Origin: Candidatus Hydrogenedentota bacterium | GTDB taxonomy: Bacteria > Hydrogenedentota > Hydrogenedentia > Hydrogenedentales > SLHB01 | Direction of reading: 5' to 3' | Assembly (NCBI GenBank): GCA_963745075.1 | Contig: CAVUWV010000031.1 | Span: 64,001-128,000, forward strand | Length of the DNA: 64,000 nt | Shown: piece by piece, positions 39,640-49,959 of the stretch | Numbering within the stretch: position 1 is the stretch's first letter | How the letters are laid out: every line of letters begins with the position of its first letter | Notes under the pieces: model-generated | What the model was told of the DNA's origin: nothing | Seen by the model: the letters and a program-made list of their open reading frames with translations, nothing else | The model's database searches: none | Position numbers and translations under genes: made by a program

Positions 39640-40520
39640 TATTTCGTCTCCTCTCCTGTCGTGGACGCAGGCGCTTTCCGTACGCAACGAAAGCCGATAG
39701 CGTCGCGCGCAAAGCACGCGTCCTGGAAGCCCGGGCTTTCAGCGATGCGCGCCGCACTTCGGCAGTTGTCCGTCGGCATGGCCCAGGCTCCGCCGCGGAG
39801 GACGTAGTCCTTGCCATCGGCAGGACCGTGCGGGTTCTTCGCGGGACTGTTCTTGTATGCATTCTCATCGTAAGGGTCATTGCACCACTCGGCGACGTTG
39901 CCGAGCATGTCGTAGAGGCCCCACGGATTCGGTTGCTTTTGTCCGACCGGATGGGTAGTTTCGCCGGCATTTTCGTCAAACCACGCATGGTCTTTGAGCT
40001 GGCGCGGATCGTTTCCGAAAGGGAAATCCGTTGTCGTACCCGCGCGGCAGGCGAATTCCCATTCGGCTTCGGTCGGCAGGCGATAGCCGTTGGCGTCGAA
40101 GTCACACTCGGCAGTGTTTTCGTCGTAGCAGGGTTCAAGCCCCTCGGCTTTGGATCGCATGTTGCAGAACAACGCGGCGTCAGTCCAATTGGTCTGTTCG
40201 ACCGGACGGTCCTGACCTTTGAAATGGGACCCGTTGGTGGGAACGAACTTGCTGTACAAATCCTGGGTTACTTCGTAGCGGTCCATGAGAAAGCCGTCGA
40301 GGGAGACCTCGTGCGCGGGCGCTTCGTCGGGCAGGTGACCTTCGCTCCCCATTGTGAAAGTCCCGGCGGGTATCGAGACCATTTCGGCGCCACTCTTCGT
40401 CGTGATGACTTCCGGCGGCGCGACAGGGGGCGCGGACTTCTGACACGCCACACCGGCGAACACGAGGGAGACGATCAACGCGGTCCAACTTGATATATTC
40501 GAAGTTACACCTCCAAGCAC
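39639..40520 (-). CDS. FGE-sulfatase (SUMF1) domain lipoprotein, start uncertain
   Basis: IPAGTFTMGS; YEVTQ; RLPTEAEWEFACRAG; NPWGLYDMLGNVAEW; RGGAW; GFRCV. Confidence 0.88.
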   Translation of the reverse strand: MLGGVTSNISSWTALIVSLVFAGVACQKSAPPVAPPEVITTKSGAEMVSIPAGTFTMGSEGHLPDEAPAHEVSLDGFLMDRYEVTQDLYSKFVPTNGSHFKGQDRPVEQTNWTDAALFCNMRSKAEGLEPCYDENTAECDFDANGYRLPTEAEWEFACRAGTTTDFPFGNDPRQLKDHAWFDENAGETTHPVGQKQPNPWGLYDMLGNVAEWCNDPYDENAYKNSPAKNPHGPADGKDYVLRGGAWAMPTDNCRSAARIAESPGFQDACFARDAIGFRCVRKAPASTTGEETK

Positions 40521-40530
40521 GCCGATTCCT

Positions 40531-40696
40531 GAAGAACATCCCCCTTGATCCCCCTTCAAAGGGGGAATCGCCCAGGCGAGTTCTCTGTCAGCCTTCGTCA
40601 TACTGGTCGGGACACAGTGTCTTTGCTGATCCTGTCGCAACGCAAAGCGTTGCGATGCACTCCCCCTTTGAAGGGGGATCAAGGGGGATGTTCTTC
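40531..40696. repeat. Perfect 36-bp inverted repeat enclosing 94 bp (MITE-like)
   Basis: GAAGAACATCCCCCTTGATCCCCCTTCAAAGGGGGA (40531-40566) is the exact reverse complement of 40661-40696. Confidence 0.9.
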
Positions 40697-40768
40697 GCGG
40701 TTTGGCACGGTCTCCCAATTGTATCCACCATTGTCGGAGGTCGTACGTTGCCTTCGTGGGATCGGTTC

Positions 40769-41851
40769 TCATTTCGCGGTCGTCTCCGTGGCAACCCAAT
40801 CGGGTTCTTTGTTGCTCTTGCCATCGTGGGTCAGCGTCACGAAGGGGTCCGTTCCCGTGGTGGGACATACACAGATATTCCACCCTTCCGCATCGCACCC
40901 GATCATCTCGGGCGGCAAGCCCAAGCGCTTTTCATGGGGACCGCTACTGAAGGCGATATATTTCCCATCGGGCGACCAGTCGACGTGGTAGATGGCCATG
41001 GGCTCGGGACTCTTCGCGACGGGATGTTCGTTGAGAATCTTGGGTTCTGGTCCGCTCACGTCGAGATCGGCGATGTGCAGATCGAAATCGGTGCGTCCCC
41101 AGGCCAGTTTCTTCGAGTCCGGGCTGAAATCGGGCCGGCAGCCGCCGATGCCAAGGTCGAAGACCTTCATGCCGTCGGCTTCGATCAGCAGGATCGTATG
41201 GTTGTACCCCATGCCGGCATGAACCGTGGCAACGAACCATTTGGAGTCGGGCGACCAGCACAGGTTGTAGAGGTGGTGCAGACCGTGGTTGGGATGTTGC
41301 CGGTGCTCGCCGGTTTCTAGATCGTAGATGAAGACGCCGTTGGTCGCGTAATCCATCAACGTAAAGCGGGGATCGTCGACACGCGCCTCGCCGAGGGAGC
41401 CGGTTGCGGTCTCGACGACGTGGTTCTCGGAGCCGAGGTAGGCGATGGCTTTGCCGTCCGCACGCCAACATGCCTCCCGCGCATGCTTGGCCACGAGCGT
41501 GCGCCCGGTACCGTCCATGTTCATGTAGTAAATGGAACGAAACGCGGCATCCCCTTCGCCTTCATCGACGACAAAGACCACCTTGGTACCGTCGGGCGAC
41601 ACGTGCGGGTACAACTCGTTCACGTCGGGGGAATTAGTCAGATTCTTTACGCCGGTTCCGTCCGCGTTCATCATGAACAAGTCCCAGTTTCCGGTGCAGT
41701 GGCTCTCGTAGACGATGCGAGCCGGGTACGCCTGAAGCGTCGTCAGCAGCGCCGTCGTCTGCTCCTCGGTTGCCGGGCCACCCTGGGCGAAGGCCGGGAA
41801 TACGTAGAGCGCAATACACCCCAGCACCACGATTAGCGTACGTTTCCTCAT
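40769..41851 (-). CDS. Secreted TolB-like/PD40 beta-propeller protein
   Basis: DLFMMNADGT...LTN; repeated WSPD/FSPD; signal peptide. Confidence 0.82.
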   Translation of the reverse strand: MRKRTLIVVLGCIALYVFPAFAQGGPATEEQTTALLTTLQAYPARIVYESHCTGNWDLFMMNADGTGVKNLTNSPDVNELYPHVSPDGTKVVFVVDEGEGDAAFRSIYYMNMDGTGRTLVAKHAREACWRADGKAIAYLGSENHVVETATGSLGEARVDDPRFTLMDYATNGVFIYDLETGEHRQHPNHGLHHLYNLCWSPDSKWFVATVHAGMGYNHTILLIEADGMKVFDLGIGGCRPDFSPDSKKLAWGRTDFDLHIADLDVSGPEPKILNEHPVAKSPEPMAIYHVDWSPDGKYIAFSSGPHEKRLGLPPEMIGCDAEGWNICVCPTTGTDPFVTLTHDGKSNKEPDWVATETTAK

Positions 41852-42054
41852 GTATCCACTCCCATGCTTGGTCTGACGTGCCGGGTTTGAGCGGCAGTCC
41901 GAATTGGAAGGACTCGCGGGCATCAACCGGTAAAGGGTAGACCATTCTCGCGGCACAGTGCCAATCGGCCTCCGACATCCCGAGCGCTCGACCGCGACGT
42001 AGGCACGGCGAGTCTTGAAAGGACAGTGACGTTCGGCTGAACCGTGCATCATGC

Positions 42055-42156
42055 TCGGGATCGGGATCGGGATCGAAATCGCTATCGGGATCGAAAGCAG
42101 AACCGAAGGGCGTTGTACTTTCCATTTCGATCCCGATCCCGATTTCGATGCCGATT
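42055..42156. repeat. Inverted arrays of ATCGNN hexamers
   Basis: TCGGGATCGGGATCGGGATCGAAATCGCTATCGGGATCGAAA facing TTTCGATCCCGATCCCGATTTCGATGCCGAT. Confidence 0.8.
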
Positions 42157-42283
42157 TGGAGATTGATATACGTCTCAACTGACCGCAACGGTTCTTCTGC
42201 GAATCGCAGCGCCTGCGTCACGGTCGGGCGCTATCGGGATGACGGGCGCGTAGGTCTTGGGATGAATCCTTGCAATGCGCTCG

Positions 42284-43834
42284 CTACTCCCTCGCTGCCG
42301 CGAAACTATACAGTTCACCGCCGTCTTCCACCGTAAACCGAAGCCGGAATGGGCCTTGTTCACCCGGAATCCGGTGTCGCAGCGAATCGCCATGCAGCTC
42401 TTTCATGTGAAGCACGGAACCGTCGAGAGCGAGAACTTCGACGGTTACCGGACCGACGGCGTTGACCGTTAGGGCAGGCGCAGACGAAATCAGGGGCCTC
42501 GTCGTCAACGTCCCCGCGTCTACGGACACGAATCCGTCGGGTCGCAGCCGGGCCCGAAAGATTCCGCCGCCACTGATGCGTTTGTTGTCGCCGGCATTCT
42601 TGCCGTAGGAGGAGGCGCCGTAGTAGTAGATCAACTCGTCGCCGATTCGAAGCGGTCCCTGGGAGAACTCAGTCATGTAACCGCCGTCGTTGCGTCCGTT
42701 GTTGCCGCCTTCTAATCCGTTTGCCAGCCATACTTCGTCTACGCCGTCCTGATTAGGATACGATACCTTCGACCACTTCAATCCGTCGCGGCTGGAAACC
42801 AGCTTGAGAAACGCGCACCCGTTGGCTGACCACGGATAGTCGTCGGCGTGGTGATAGATCTTCAGTTCACCGAGCCATAGCGAACCGTATCGCCACGCGG
42901 CGGAGGCGTAATACTCGTCGGCGGGGAGATCGCCGTTGCGTTTTTCGCCCGCGGGCATCAATTCAATCGCCCCGATCGTGTCCGTATCGATGGGCGTATC
43001 CAGCCGGTCAAGCCATTTGTACGCGCGACTGCGCAGACGATTGCCGTTGGGAAGCGCGTCGACGGCGTAGAACTTGAAGATACCGAGGAATCGGCCCGTC
43101 TGCGTGTCGTGCGAGAAGAGCGTCACGTCGCCCGGCCCTTGCATCAGATGACCGTTAACCTCCATTCGGCGGGCACTGGGATCGTCTTTCCCGGCAACGC
43201 CGTTGACGACCATCGGGCCTCGTTCCCAGGTAATCCCGTCGCGGGATTGCATGTAATACACGCCTTCGCGTTCGTCGCCCCAGTTGGCGAAATGCTGCCA
43301 ACCCTTGTACGGCCATTTGGGGTCGGACGCGTCGTAGAAACAGGAGAACATATCGAGATACGTGGCTCGTTCACCGCTCGCCGGATCCAGCAGGTCGTCC
43401 GAGGTCCGGGGCAGAACGCACTGTGGCGTGCCGTCGTCGCCCTTCGTCCACTGCATTCCGTCCGGCGACGTGAATCGGTACAAACGGACGCAGTCCCAGG
43501 GTCGCTTCGACTTCCACTGCGGGGAGAACCCGATGCAGTACATGACGTACCGCTGCAGCTTGGCGTCGTAGACGATGGTTCCGTTTGCTTCGAGCGTACA
43601 GGGAAAGTCCTCGAATTCATCCACGAGGGCGATAACCGGCTCTTCGCCGCCGTTTTCCTTTTGCGGCGAGTGCAGCGTGCGCCTCAGGTTGTGGCTCTCC
43701 GCGATTAGATAATCGTCAACGAATAGTTGTGCGACACCGGATTCAAGTTGGATGGGTTCGTCGGCAGATACCGATCGTAAAGTTGTGACTGCAACAAGGA
43801 TCGCGACGCAAGTAGTCTTCGACAGTCGATACAT
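42284..43834 (-). CDS. Secreted glycosidase-like beta-propeller protein (GH32/43-like)
   Basis: QLFVDDYLI; three S.DG..W motifs; LRPDGFVS; LYSF. Confidence 0.7.
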   Translation of the reverse strand: MYRLSKTTCVAILVAVTTLRSVSADEPIQLESGVAQLFVDDYLIAESHNLRRTLHSPQKENGGEEPVIALVDEFEDFPCTLEANGTIVYDAKLQRYVMYCIGFSPQWKSKRPWDCVRLYRFTSPDGMQWTKGDDGTPQCVLPRTSDDLLDPASGERATYLDMFSCFYDASDPKWPYKGWQHFANWGDEREGVYYMQSRDGITWERGPMVVNGVAGKDDPSARRMEVNGHLMQGPGDVTLFSHDTQTGRFLGIFKFYAVDALPNGNRLRSRAYKWLDRLDTPIDTDTIGAIELMPAGEKRNGDLPADEYYASAAWRYGSLWLGELKIYHHADDYPWSANGCAFLKLVSSRDGLKWSKVSYPNQDGVDEVWLANGLEGGNNGRNDGGYMTEFSQGPLRIGDELIYYYGASSYGKNAGDNKRISGGGIFRARLRPDGFVSVDAGTLTTRPLISSAPALTVNAVGPVTVEVLALDGSVLHMKELHGDSLRHRIPGEQGPFRLRFTVEDGGELYSFAAARE

Positions 43835-43908
43835 ATTACGTTGCTCTCTACGCCATTCTTCGACTTCGCGGGTCGGTTCGAAAAGGAGCGCGGGCGAGAT
43901 CCTCCCTC

Positions 43909-45969
43909 TTACCGACTGAACGAATAGGCGCGATCCGGATCGTGAACGGACAGATACAGGTTCCAACCGCCGCCGAGATTCTCGACTTTGACGAGAATCG
44001 CGTTCGCGCCTTCGTGGACTGGAACGGTGACTTCCGCGTCGTGTTTCGAGCCGGACCGGGGCACGTGCTCCGAATACACGAGACTCCCGTTCACCCACAT
44101 GCGCGCTCCGTCGTTGCTGCCGATGCTTAACTTGGCCTCACCATCTTTGGGAGCGATGAGATTGCATTTCGCGTAGGCGACGACGTTGTCCGTCGTGGCG
44201 AAGAGGGTGCGCAAATCCAGCAGACCCGCGATGTCGCCATCGGCGGGCCGCCAGGGTGCGGGTCCGTCGAGCGTGTCGAATACGGGCTCGGGATCCTGCT
44301 CGGTTTCCGGCGGGTATACACGTTCAAATCCGGGCGGCATGGCGCGTTCGTCCTCGGGATTCGCCTCCAGCGCGAAGGGGCCGGTCACCAGCCACGACCG
44401 ATTGTATTGCCAGGGGTCGTCCTTGGCGGGCGCGTCGCCCAGACCCGGGATGTTGTGCAGGCCGTACGGAGAAATCAGATAGCCCTGCAGGTTCGCGGGA
44501 ATCGCTTCGCGCCGGTCTTCCGCAAACTGCATGACGGTCGCCAGGAGCCCGCGGCAGTCCCGCATGACCTCCCGCCATGCCTGAAAGGCCGCGAGCGGAT
44601 CGCCGTGCACCGTCGCCGCAGCACACCGTTCCTGCGCGCGCATGGTATCCATCACGGCCGAATCCGACTGATACAGGTTATCCAGGCCTAACTGCCAGAC
44701 CACGCCGCACACTTTGCGCGTTTGTGCGACGGCCGCGGGAAGCATCAACTCGTTCAACTGGCCCGGAATCGCCGCGACTCCGGCGCGAAGGGCTTGCTCC
44801 ACATCCGCACTCGGATTCACGAGAATGAAACCGGCGAGTTCCAGGCGGGGAACGGTCACGTCAATCGTTCCGGTTTCCTTACCCGGGGACACGCTGCACT
44901 CCACAATATCCGGCGTCGCGATCAGCATGGCCCTGGCCGGAGCATTGCCGTCCCACGGGCAGGTGATCGTCACGTTCTCGATGACGCCTTCATCGACGTA
45001 ATTATTGTAGAACGGCCTGAACAGTGCAGCGGAAATCACCGTCGACCCTTCGTAGGAGAAGGCCGTCGCGTTCAGGTCCGGGTCGGAACAGAATAGGTTG
45101 AAGGTTGGTGTACCTGCCGCAAGGTGATCGCTAACCAAGCGAACCTCCCGGCAGGTCAGGCCCACCTCCCCGGCCAATTCCGGCAACCGGTGCAATTCGT
45201 GGTGGGCGAAGAAGAGCAGTCCCCGAACCCCGCGATTGACGGCGGCGAAGGCCAAGAGCCGGACTTGCTCGGGATCGGGTATCGGCCCGGGCCCTTCGGC
45301 GCCGACCTGAAGGAAGCGGCCGGTGCGTCCCCACATGAAGTTCTGGACCCAGGTCCACAGCGGATCGCCGACGAAGGCCCGCTGTTTGTCGAAGAACGCG
45401 AGGTAGTCGTCGTACGAATCGTCGGGAATCGGGTAGTTGTACTGGCAGCGAATATCGATGTACTGCGTGAAAGTCGTCCTGGCTTCGGGCGTTTCGTCGG
45501 CGATGTAGTCGGCGACGGTGGGGATGTCCGGCGTGTGCTCCCGCAGGATTGACACGGTCTGTTCGATGCCTTCCAGGTGGCGCATGGTGATGTCATCGCC
45601 CACGTACCACGTCAACAGGTTGGGTTCTGACGCCAGCTTCGCGATGGAACGAACCGCGTCCGGCGCCCACGGCGTCACGCCGGCGCCGCCGTAGGAGAGG
45701 TACGGCACGACCTGGATCCCGAGTTCGTCGCAGCGGCGCATGAAACCGCGAAACTGCTCCACCGCTTCGTCGGTGCTTGGTCCCCCCTGGAAACTGGTGT
45801 TCATGCCGAGACGCGCAATGTCTTCCGGGGTCGTGCTTGAAAAATTCCAACTCCCCAAGGGGTAGAACGGTTTACCGTCCACAAGCAGAACGCCGTCGCG
45901 AATTTCCCCGGCGCTTGCCAGCGTTACCGCCAACGCGATTATCATTACCGCCGCGTTCAACCTGCGCAT
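43909..45969 (-). CDS. Secreted glycoside-hydrolase-like protein with C-terminal PA14-like domain
   Basis: VDGKPFYPLG; LLTWYVGDD; WLVTGPF; GSNDGARMWVNG; G.N.ILVKV. Confidence 0.6.
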   Translation of the reverse strand: MRRLNAAVMIIALAVTLASAGEIRDGVLLVDGKPFYPLGSWNFSSTTPEDIARLGMNTSFQGGPSTDEAVEQFRGFMRRCDELGIQVVPYLSYGGAGVTPWAPDAVRSIAKLASEPNLLTWYVGDDITMRHLEGIEQTVSILREHTPDIPTVADYIADETPEARTTFTQYIDIRCQYNYPIPDDSYDDYLAFFDKQRAFVGDPLWTWVQNFMWGRTGRFLQVGAEGPGPIPDPEQVRLLAFAAVNRGVRGLLFFAHHELHRLPELAGEVGLTCREVRLVSDHLAAGTPTFNLFCSDPDLNATAFSYEGSTVISAALFRPFYNNYVDEGVIENVTITCPWDGNAPARAMLIATPDIVECSVSPGKETGTIDVTVPRLELAGFILVNPSADVEQALRAGVAAIPGQLNELMLPAAVAQTRKVCGVVWQLGLDNLYQSDSAVMDTMRAQERCAAATVHGDPLAAFQAWREVMRDCRGLLATVMQFAEDRREAIPANLQGYLISPYGLHNIPGLGDAPAKDDPWQYNRSWLVTGPFALEANPEDERAMPPGFERVYPPETEQDPEPVFDTLDGPAPWRPADGDIAGLLDLRTLFATTDNVVAYAKCNLIAPKDGEAKLSIGSNDGARMWVNGSLVYSEHVPRSGSKHDAEVTVPVHEGANAILVKVENLGGGWNLYLSVHDPDRAYSFSR

Positions 45970-45993
45970 GGTGTGACTCCTCCCCGTTTGAAG

Positions 45994-46816
45994 CTACTTC
46001 GTATCGTGTTGCGGACCGCCGAGCGCGGGATCGATAACGAAATCCAGCGCCGCTCGCGCATCTTCGGGCCGCGAGGTGTGGCCCATGTCTTCGCGATATA
46101 TCAGCAGCACCGGACGTCCCATCTTCTTCAGCACATCAGCCAGCCGCATCACGCTATCGGGCGGGACGGTTGCGTCCTTCCCGGAAGCGGTAATCGCGAC
46201 GGGCATGGTAAACCGTTCCGGCCAGTACTCCGCACTTCGGTTCTTGTATTCCATCGGGATTTCCTGTTTGGTCCCGCCGAACGAAGCCCGGATCGCGTCC
46301 TGAAAATTGTCGTACTCCAAGTGGTTGGCGGTACCGTTCATGGCGGCGACGCCCGCGATGAGGTCCGGATGAAGGGCCGTGAAGGTCAGCGACGACGAGG
46401 CGCCCATGGACCCGCCGCATAGGAAGATCTTGTCCACGTGGAAATCCTTGCGTACCCTCTCGATGATTTGCAGGAGGTCCGATTCGGCCTTCGGGCCCAT
46501 CCAGGAACGTCTTGGCCCGGTAATCGGGCAGAATCAGGATCAGGTCGCGGTCGACGGCCTCGTCCCGCGCTGCTAGTCCGGTCGGGGTCGTACCTCCGGA
46601 GAACTGCCACCGATCCGATCCGTGGCCGTGCAGAGCAATGAGCACGTTGTGGGTCTTGTTCGCGTCGAAGCCATTGGGGAGCATTCGCACGTAGTGTTCG
46701 GTGCTGCCGTCGCAGGTTGCCTTAAACGACACGTCCTCGACCGTGAGCCGTGGATCGGTTTCGGCCAGCGCGATTGCAGTTAGCGCCAGGACAAGGAATA
46801 CGATCCGAAGTCGCAT
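45994..46816 (-). CDS. Secreted alpha/beta hydrolase, frameshifted near 46506
   Basis: ALHGHGSD; removing one base gives DYRAKTSWMGP; GGSMG; D..VP; GH. Confidence 0.8.
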
Positions 46817-46934
46817 TACGCACGGCCTCCCCATCGAGGTTTGTAAAGAACATAGATTAACAGTGACTCAGCGCGAACGCCAAACGGGTATCGCGTTGGT
46901 ATCCGGCGCGGCATTGAGGCAGCGGTACGCCGAA

Positions 46935-47939
46935 CTACCGCGTGACGGGCGCGGATAGACCTTTTTCCACGCTACGTTTGGCGCGAATCGCCAGTAGTTC
47001 CCGGACGAGGGTATTCGCATTCTCGGGCGTAATACCCAATGGGCCGCAATATACTTCCGGCTCGAAGTGTTTGCTGGCGTGGGCGAGGCCGTGGTTGTCC
47101 GTCGACACCGTAAACTGCACCCCGGCTTCCACAAGCGGCCGAATGTCGGCGATGACGGCCTCGCGCACAACCGGGTCGTCCCAATACTTCGTGATTCCGT
47201 GGGAAATCTCGATATAGATGGATTTTCCGGCGAGGAGGCGGGCCACGTCCTCCTGTTCACCTGGCTGGAAGAAACGGTAGTCATCAACGGACAAGTCGCC
47301 TACGGTCTTGCCTTGTTTCTGTGCGTCACGTTGAATCCGCTCGATTCGCATGGAAAATGGATGGAAGACGATCATCGGGACCGGGAATTCCTCCTGCGCG
47401 GCGGTAATTTGCTCGATGCGATGGATCAACGTCTTGCCGCAGGGGGGAACCTCGGTATTGGGTGACATGTGCCAACCAATCACTTCCGGTAACCGCATGG
47501 CCTCCCGGTCGAGTCCTTCGTCCAACTCGAACTCACCGATCTCCCATCCACTGAAGACAATAACGTCTTCACGGTTGCGCAATTGCGCCACGTCATCCAT
47601 GAAGGCGGTCATCCCCGCGCGGCCTGCGGAGTACCACTCCTTAAACCCCTTCTCCTTGGCCCAGGCCGTCTGCTCTTCGGCCGTTCTGTCGTACAATTCA
47701 CGATGGTCGAGAGCGACGAGGACCTTGCGACCATCCGACACCGCCAGATCGATCCACTGGTCCATCGGGACCGGTCGTTCCTTGCCGCAATGGAGGTGCA
47801 TGTCCATTTCGTGGAGCGCAGACAGACCGGACTCAAGTCCACAACCAATCGGTGCTGCAGCGGATTGCGTTGGCCGATCGTCGGCACGCCCAATTGCCGC
47901 CAGCGCAAGGAATAGAAGAACCACTCGACACGTCATCAT
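46935..47939 (-). CDS. Secreted PHP-domain metallohydrolase
   Basis: DMHLH, LDH, FHP, STDNH metal ligands; signal peptide. Confidence 0.65.
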   Translation of the reverse strand: MMTCRVVLLFLALAAIGRADDRPTQSAAAPIGCGLESGLSALHEMDMHLHCGKERPVPMDQWIDLAVSDGRKVLVALDHRELYDRTAEEQTAWAKEKGFKEWYSAGRAGMTAFMDDVAQLRNREDVIVFSGWEIGEFELDEGLDREAMRLPEVIGWHMSPNTEVPPCGKTLIHRIEQITAAQEEFPVPMIVFHPFSMRIERIQRDAQKQGKTVGDLSVDDYRFFQPGEQEDVARLLAGKSIYIEISHGITKYWDDPVVREAVIADIRPLVEAGVQFTVSTDNHGLAHASKHFEPEVYCGPLGITPENANTLVRELLAIRAKRSVEKGLSAPVTR

Positions 47940-48574
47940 GATCGCACTCCTGACAAAGGTCTTTCGAAGAAGTAGATGAGCAATGCCACGACGATTGCTC
48001 CAACCGTGTTGGACACCAGGTCCCACCCCGTATTGACGTAACCGCCCACGTTTGTTTCCGGGACTAACAGCGTCGCGGCGAATTCGACGACTTCATTGAG
48101 CGCGCCGAAGCCGAGTCCCGCGGCAGCGGACAAGACCATCATCCCGAATGTGGGCTGCACGGTGTCCTTGTAGGAGCGCAGGATCGCGCGCAGCCCCTGC
48201 CAACAGACCCACGTGGTGGTGCCGAATCCGTAAGCATGGACGATATGGTCGTATTTCAGCCGTCCGGGAATGAGCCAGAGACTGTAGAGCACGCGGTTCT
48301 CGCCGTTGACGGGCCACCCCTCCGGTACGATCACGAGCCCCCCCATCATGTGCGCGAGGCCCCAGATGCTGAGCGCCCACAACGCGCCGGAACTCAGTTG
48401 AACCCGCCGGTGTACGGCGAGCACGGCGCCCATCAAGAGGACTACGACACCGATGTAGAAGATGAATTCCTGGTTGCCCCGCAGCACCGCAGCGATAGCA
48501 GAAAGTACCAAATATGCCACCGTAAAAATGCCGACGGGTACAAGGGACACCGATTTGGGGGATCTTTCAGCCAT
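47936..48574 (-). CDS. DUF2238/YjdF-like membrane protein
   Basis: HMMGG; YDHIVH..G; NEVVEF; T.WDLV.N..GA. Confidence 0.7.
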   Translation of the reverse strand: MAERSPKSVSLVPVGIFTVAYLVLSAIAAVLRGNQEFIFYIGVVVLLMGAVLAVHRRVQLSSGALWALSIWGLAHMMGGLVIVPEGWPVNGENRVLYSLWLIPGRLKYDHIVHAYGFGTTTWVCWQGLRAILRSYKDTVQPTFGMMVLSAAAGLGFGALNEVVEFAATLLVPETNVGGYVNTGWDLVSNTVGAIVVALLIYFFERPLSGVRS

Positions 48575-48611
48575 ACCCGGTTCCTTATCGCGTGTACGAT
48601 TGGCGACCCAC

Positions 48612-49820
48612 TCAGTCGCCTTCCATCACCCACGCTTCGTTGAAATGAACGTATTTGATGGTTTGCACATTATAACTGTATGTCGCGTGCAGCGTGCCGT
48701 CCTTGCCTTGTACGATCGAGGGATAGTCGAAGCGGCCGTCTGGCGCGTTCTCGAGATGGCGCGTCCATTTCCAGGTTTCACCACGATCGTCGGACAGGGA
48801 CACGGCGAGTTTGCTCCGGGGACCGTCCTCAACGTCGTTGTAAACCAGCAAGAGGCGCCCGCTCTTCAGAAGCAGCGCTTCAAGCCCCGAATCCGGGTTG
48901 GGTCGATCGGTGGCGGTGACCGGTCCCCAGGTCACGCCGCCGTCGCTCGAAATGCTTCGTTTAATCCGGTGCTCCGGACCGCCGTTCCGGAAGTAGCCCT
49001 GAATCTCGCCGTCGGGAAACTCGACCAGTGATGGCTGTGTCAGGCCCGCGCCGGGGACGAGTTCGGAAAAGGTCCAGGTTTCCCCGCCATCCGTTGTGAT
49101 CGCCATACATGGGATCGAGAAATTCTCGTTAGATAAGGGCACGACGACCGCGCCGTCCGATCGCACGAGCGGATGGGCGCGGGGCATCCATCCCAATCGC
49201 TGTATCAGGGGATTCTGGAACCTCTGAGCAATCCGCGCCTTCATTTGGGTTACCTGTTCCTCCGTCCAGCCGCCATCCCGGGTCATGGAATCAAGGAAGG
49301 TATCGACCTTGGAACGAAGGTCCACATGCGGGATCAGAATGTCTGACTTTTGCCACACCGGAGGTCCGGACGCATCGTAGTCAGTCGAGACGCGGTACCG
49401 GACCAAGGCGCTGCCCCAGGTCCAGTCCGGCACCCCCATCAGCGTGGGATAGATCAGCCAAAGCCGCTCCTCCCGATCAACGACCATGCAGGGATTATTG
49501 TCCGACACGCCGAACGTGTCCGCCATGACGAACGGCGTTTCCCATTTTGCCGCTCCGGCCGGACGCCGCGCGCCGCCGATGCGGACGTTGTCGCTCTTAT
49601 CGCGGTCTTTCGCATAGTAGGTATCCGGGAGCGGCGCACCGTTTTCATACCAGACGGCGCGCAGATCCCCGTTTGGGCATTCGACAATGCAGGACGCGTG
49701 GACGTGCCCGTGGTCCGCAACTTCCGGGTCGAAAATGAACGCGCTTTCCAAATAGGGTTGTTCGGCGGCCGCCGCGATTATCGCGATTGGCACGAGGCTC
49801 GCTGTCAATAGAATCTTCAT
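48612..49820 (-). CDS. BNR/Asp-box sialidase-like protein
   Basis: HASCIVE.PNGDL; three S/T.DGG.TW-type Asp boxes; PNP.SG; YPSI. Confidence 0.85.
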   Translation of the reverse strand: MKILLTASLVPIAIIAAAAEQPYLESAFIFDPEVADHGHVHASCIVECPNGDLRAVWYENGAPLPDTYYAKDRDKSDNVRIGGARRPAGAAKWETPFVMADTFGVSDNNPCMVVDREERLWLIYPTLMGVPDWTWGSALVRYRVSTDYDASGPPVWQKSDILIPHVDLRSKVDTFLDSMTRDGGWTEEQVTQMKARIAQRFQNPLIQRLGWMPRAHPLVRSDGAVVVPLSNENFSIPCMAITTDGGETWTFSELVPGAGLTQPSLVEFPDGEIQGYFRNGGPEHRIKRSISSDGGVTWGPVTATDRPNPDSGLEALLLKSGRLLLVYNDVEDGPRSKLAVSLSDDRGETWKWTRHLENAPDGRFDYPSIVQGKDGTLHATYSYNVQTIKYVHFNEAWVMEGD

Positions 49821-49959
49821 GTTTGATTCCTTTCCGGAAGTGTAGCTCCGGCATGGATTCTACCCAATCGCGCCCGGGCCAAACACCCCAGGTGAAACCT
49901 CGACCGATTCTGTGCCATAATCCATGGAATTTGGGGTCCCTGAAACTGGGAGTTGAATT

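Noticed and set aside
39639..40520. FGE/C-type-lectin-fold gene as a diversity-generating retroelement target
   Set aside because: No reverse transcriptase and no template-repeat copy of its 3' end in the window.
40521..40898. Long N-terminal extension of the FGE ORF in the ORF track
   Set aside because: It translates the inverted repeat (PPLKGDQGG) and overlaps the upstream gene.
41852..42221. ORFs with IPIPIP / DPDSDFDPDPDP tracts
   Set aside because: These are translations of the ATCGNN hexamer arrays, with no other coding evidence.
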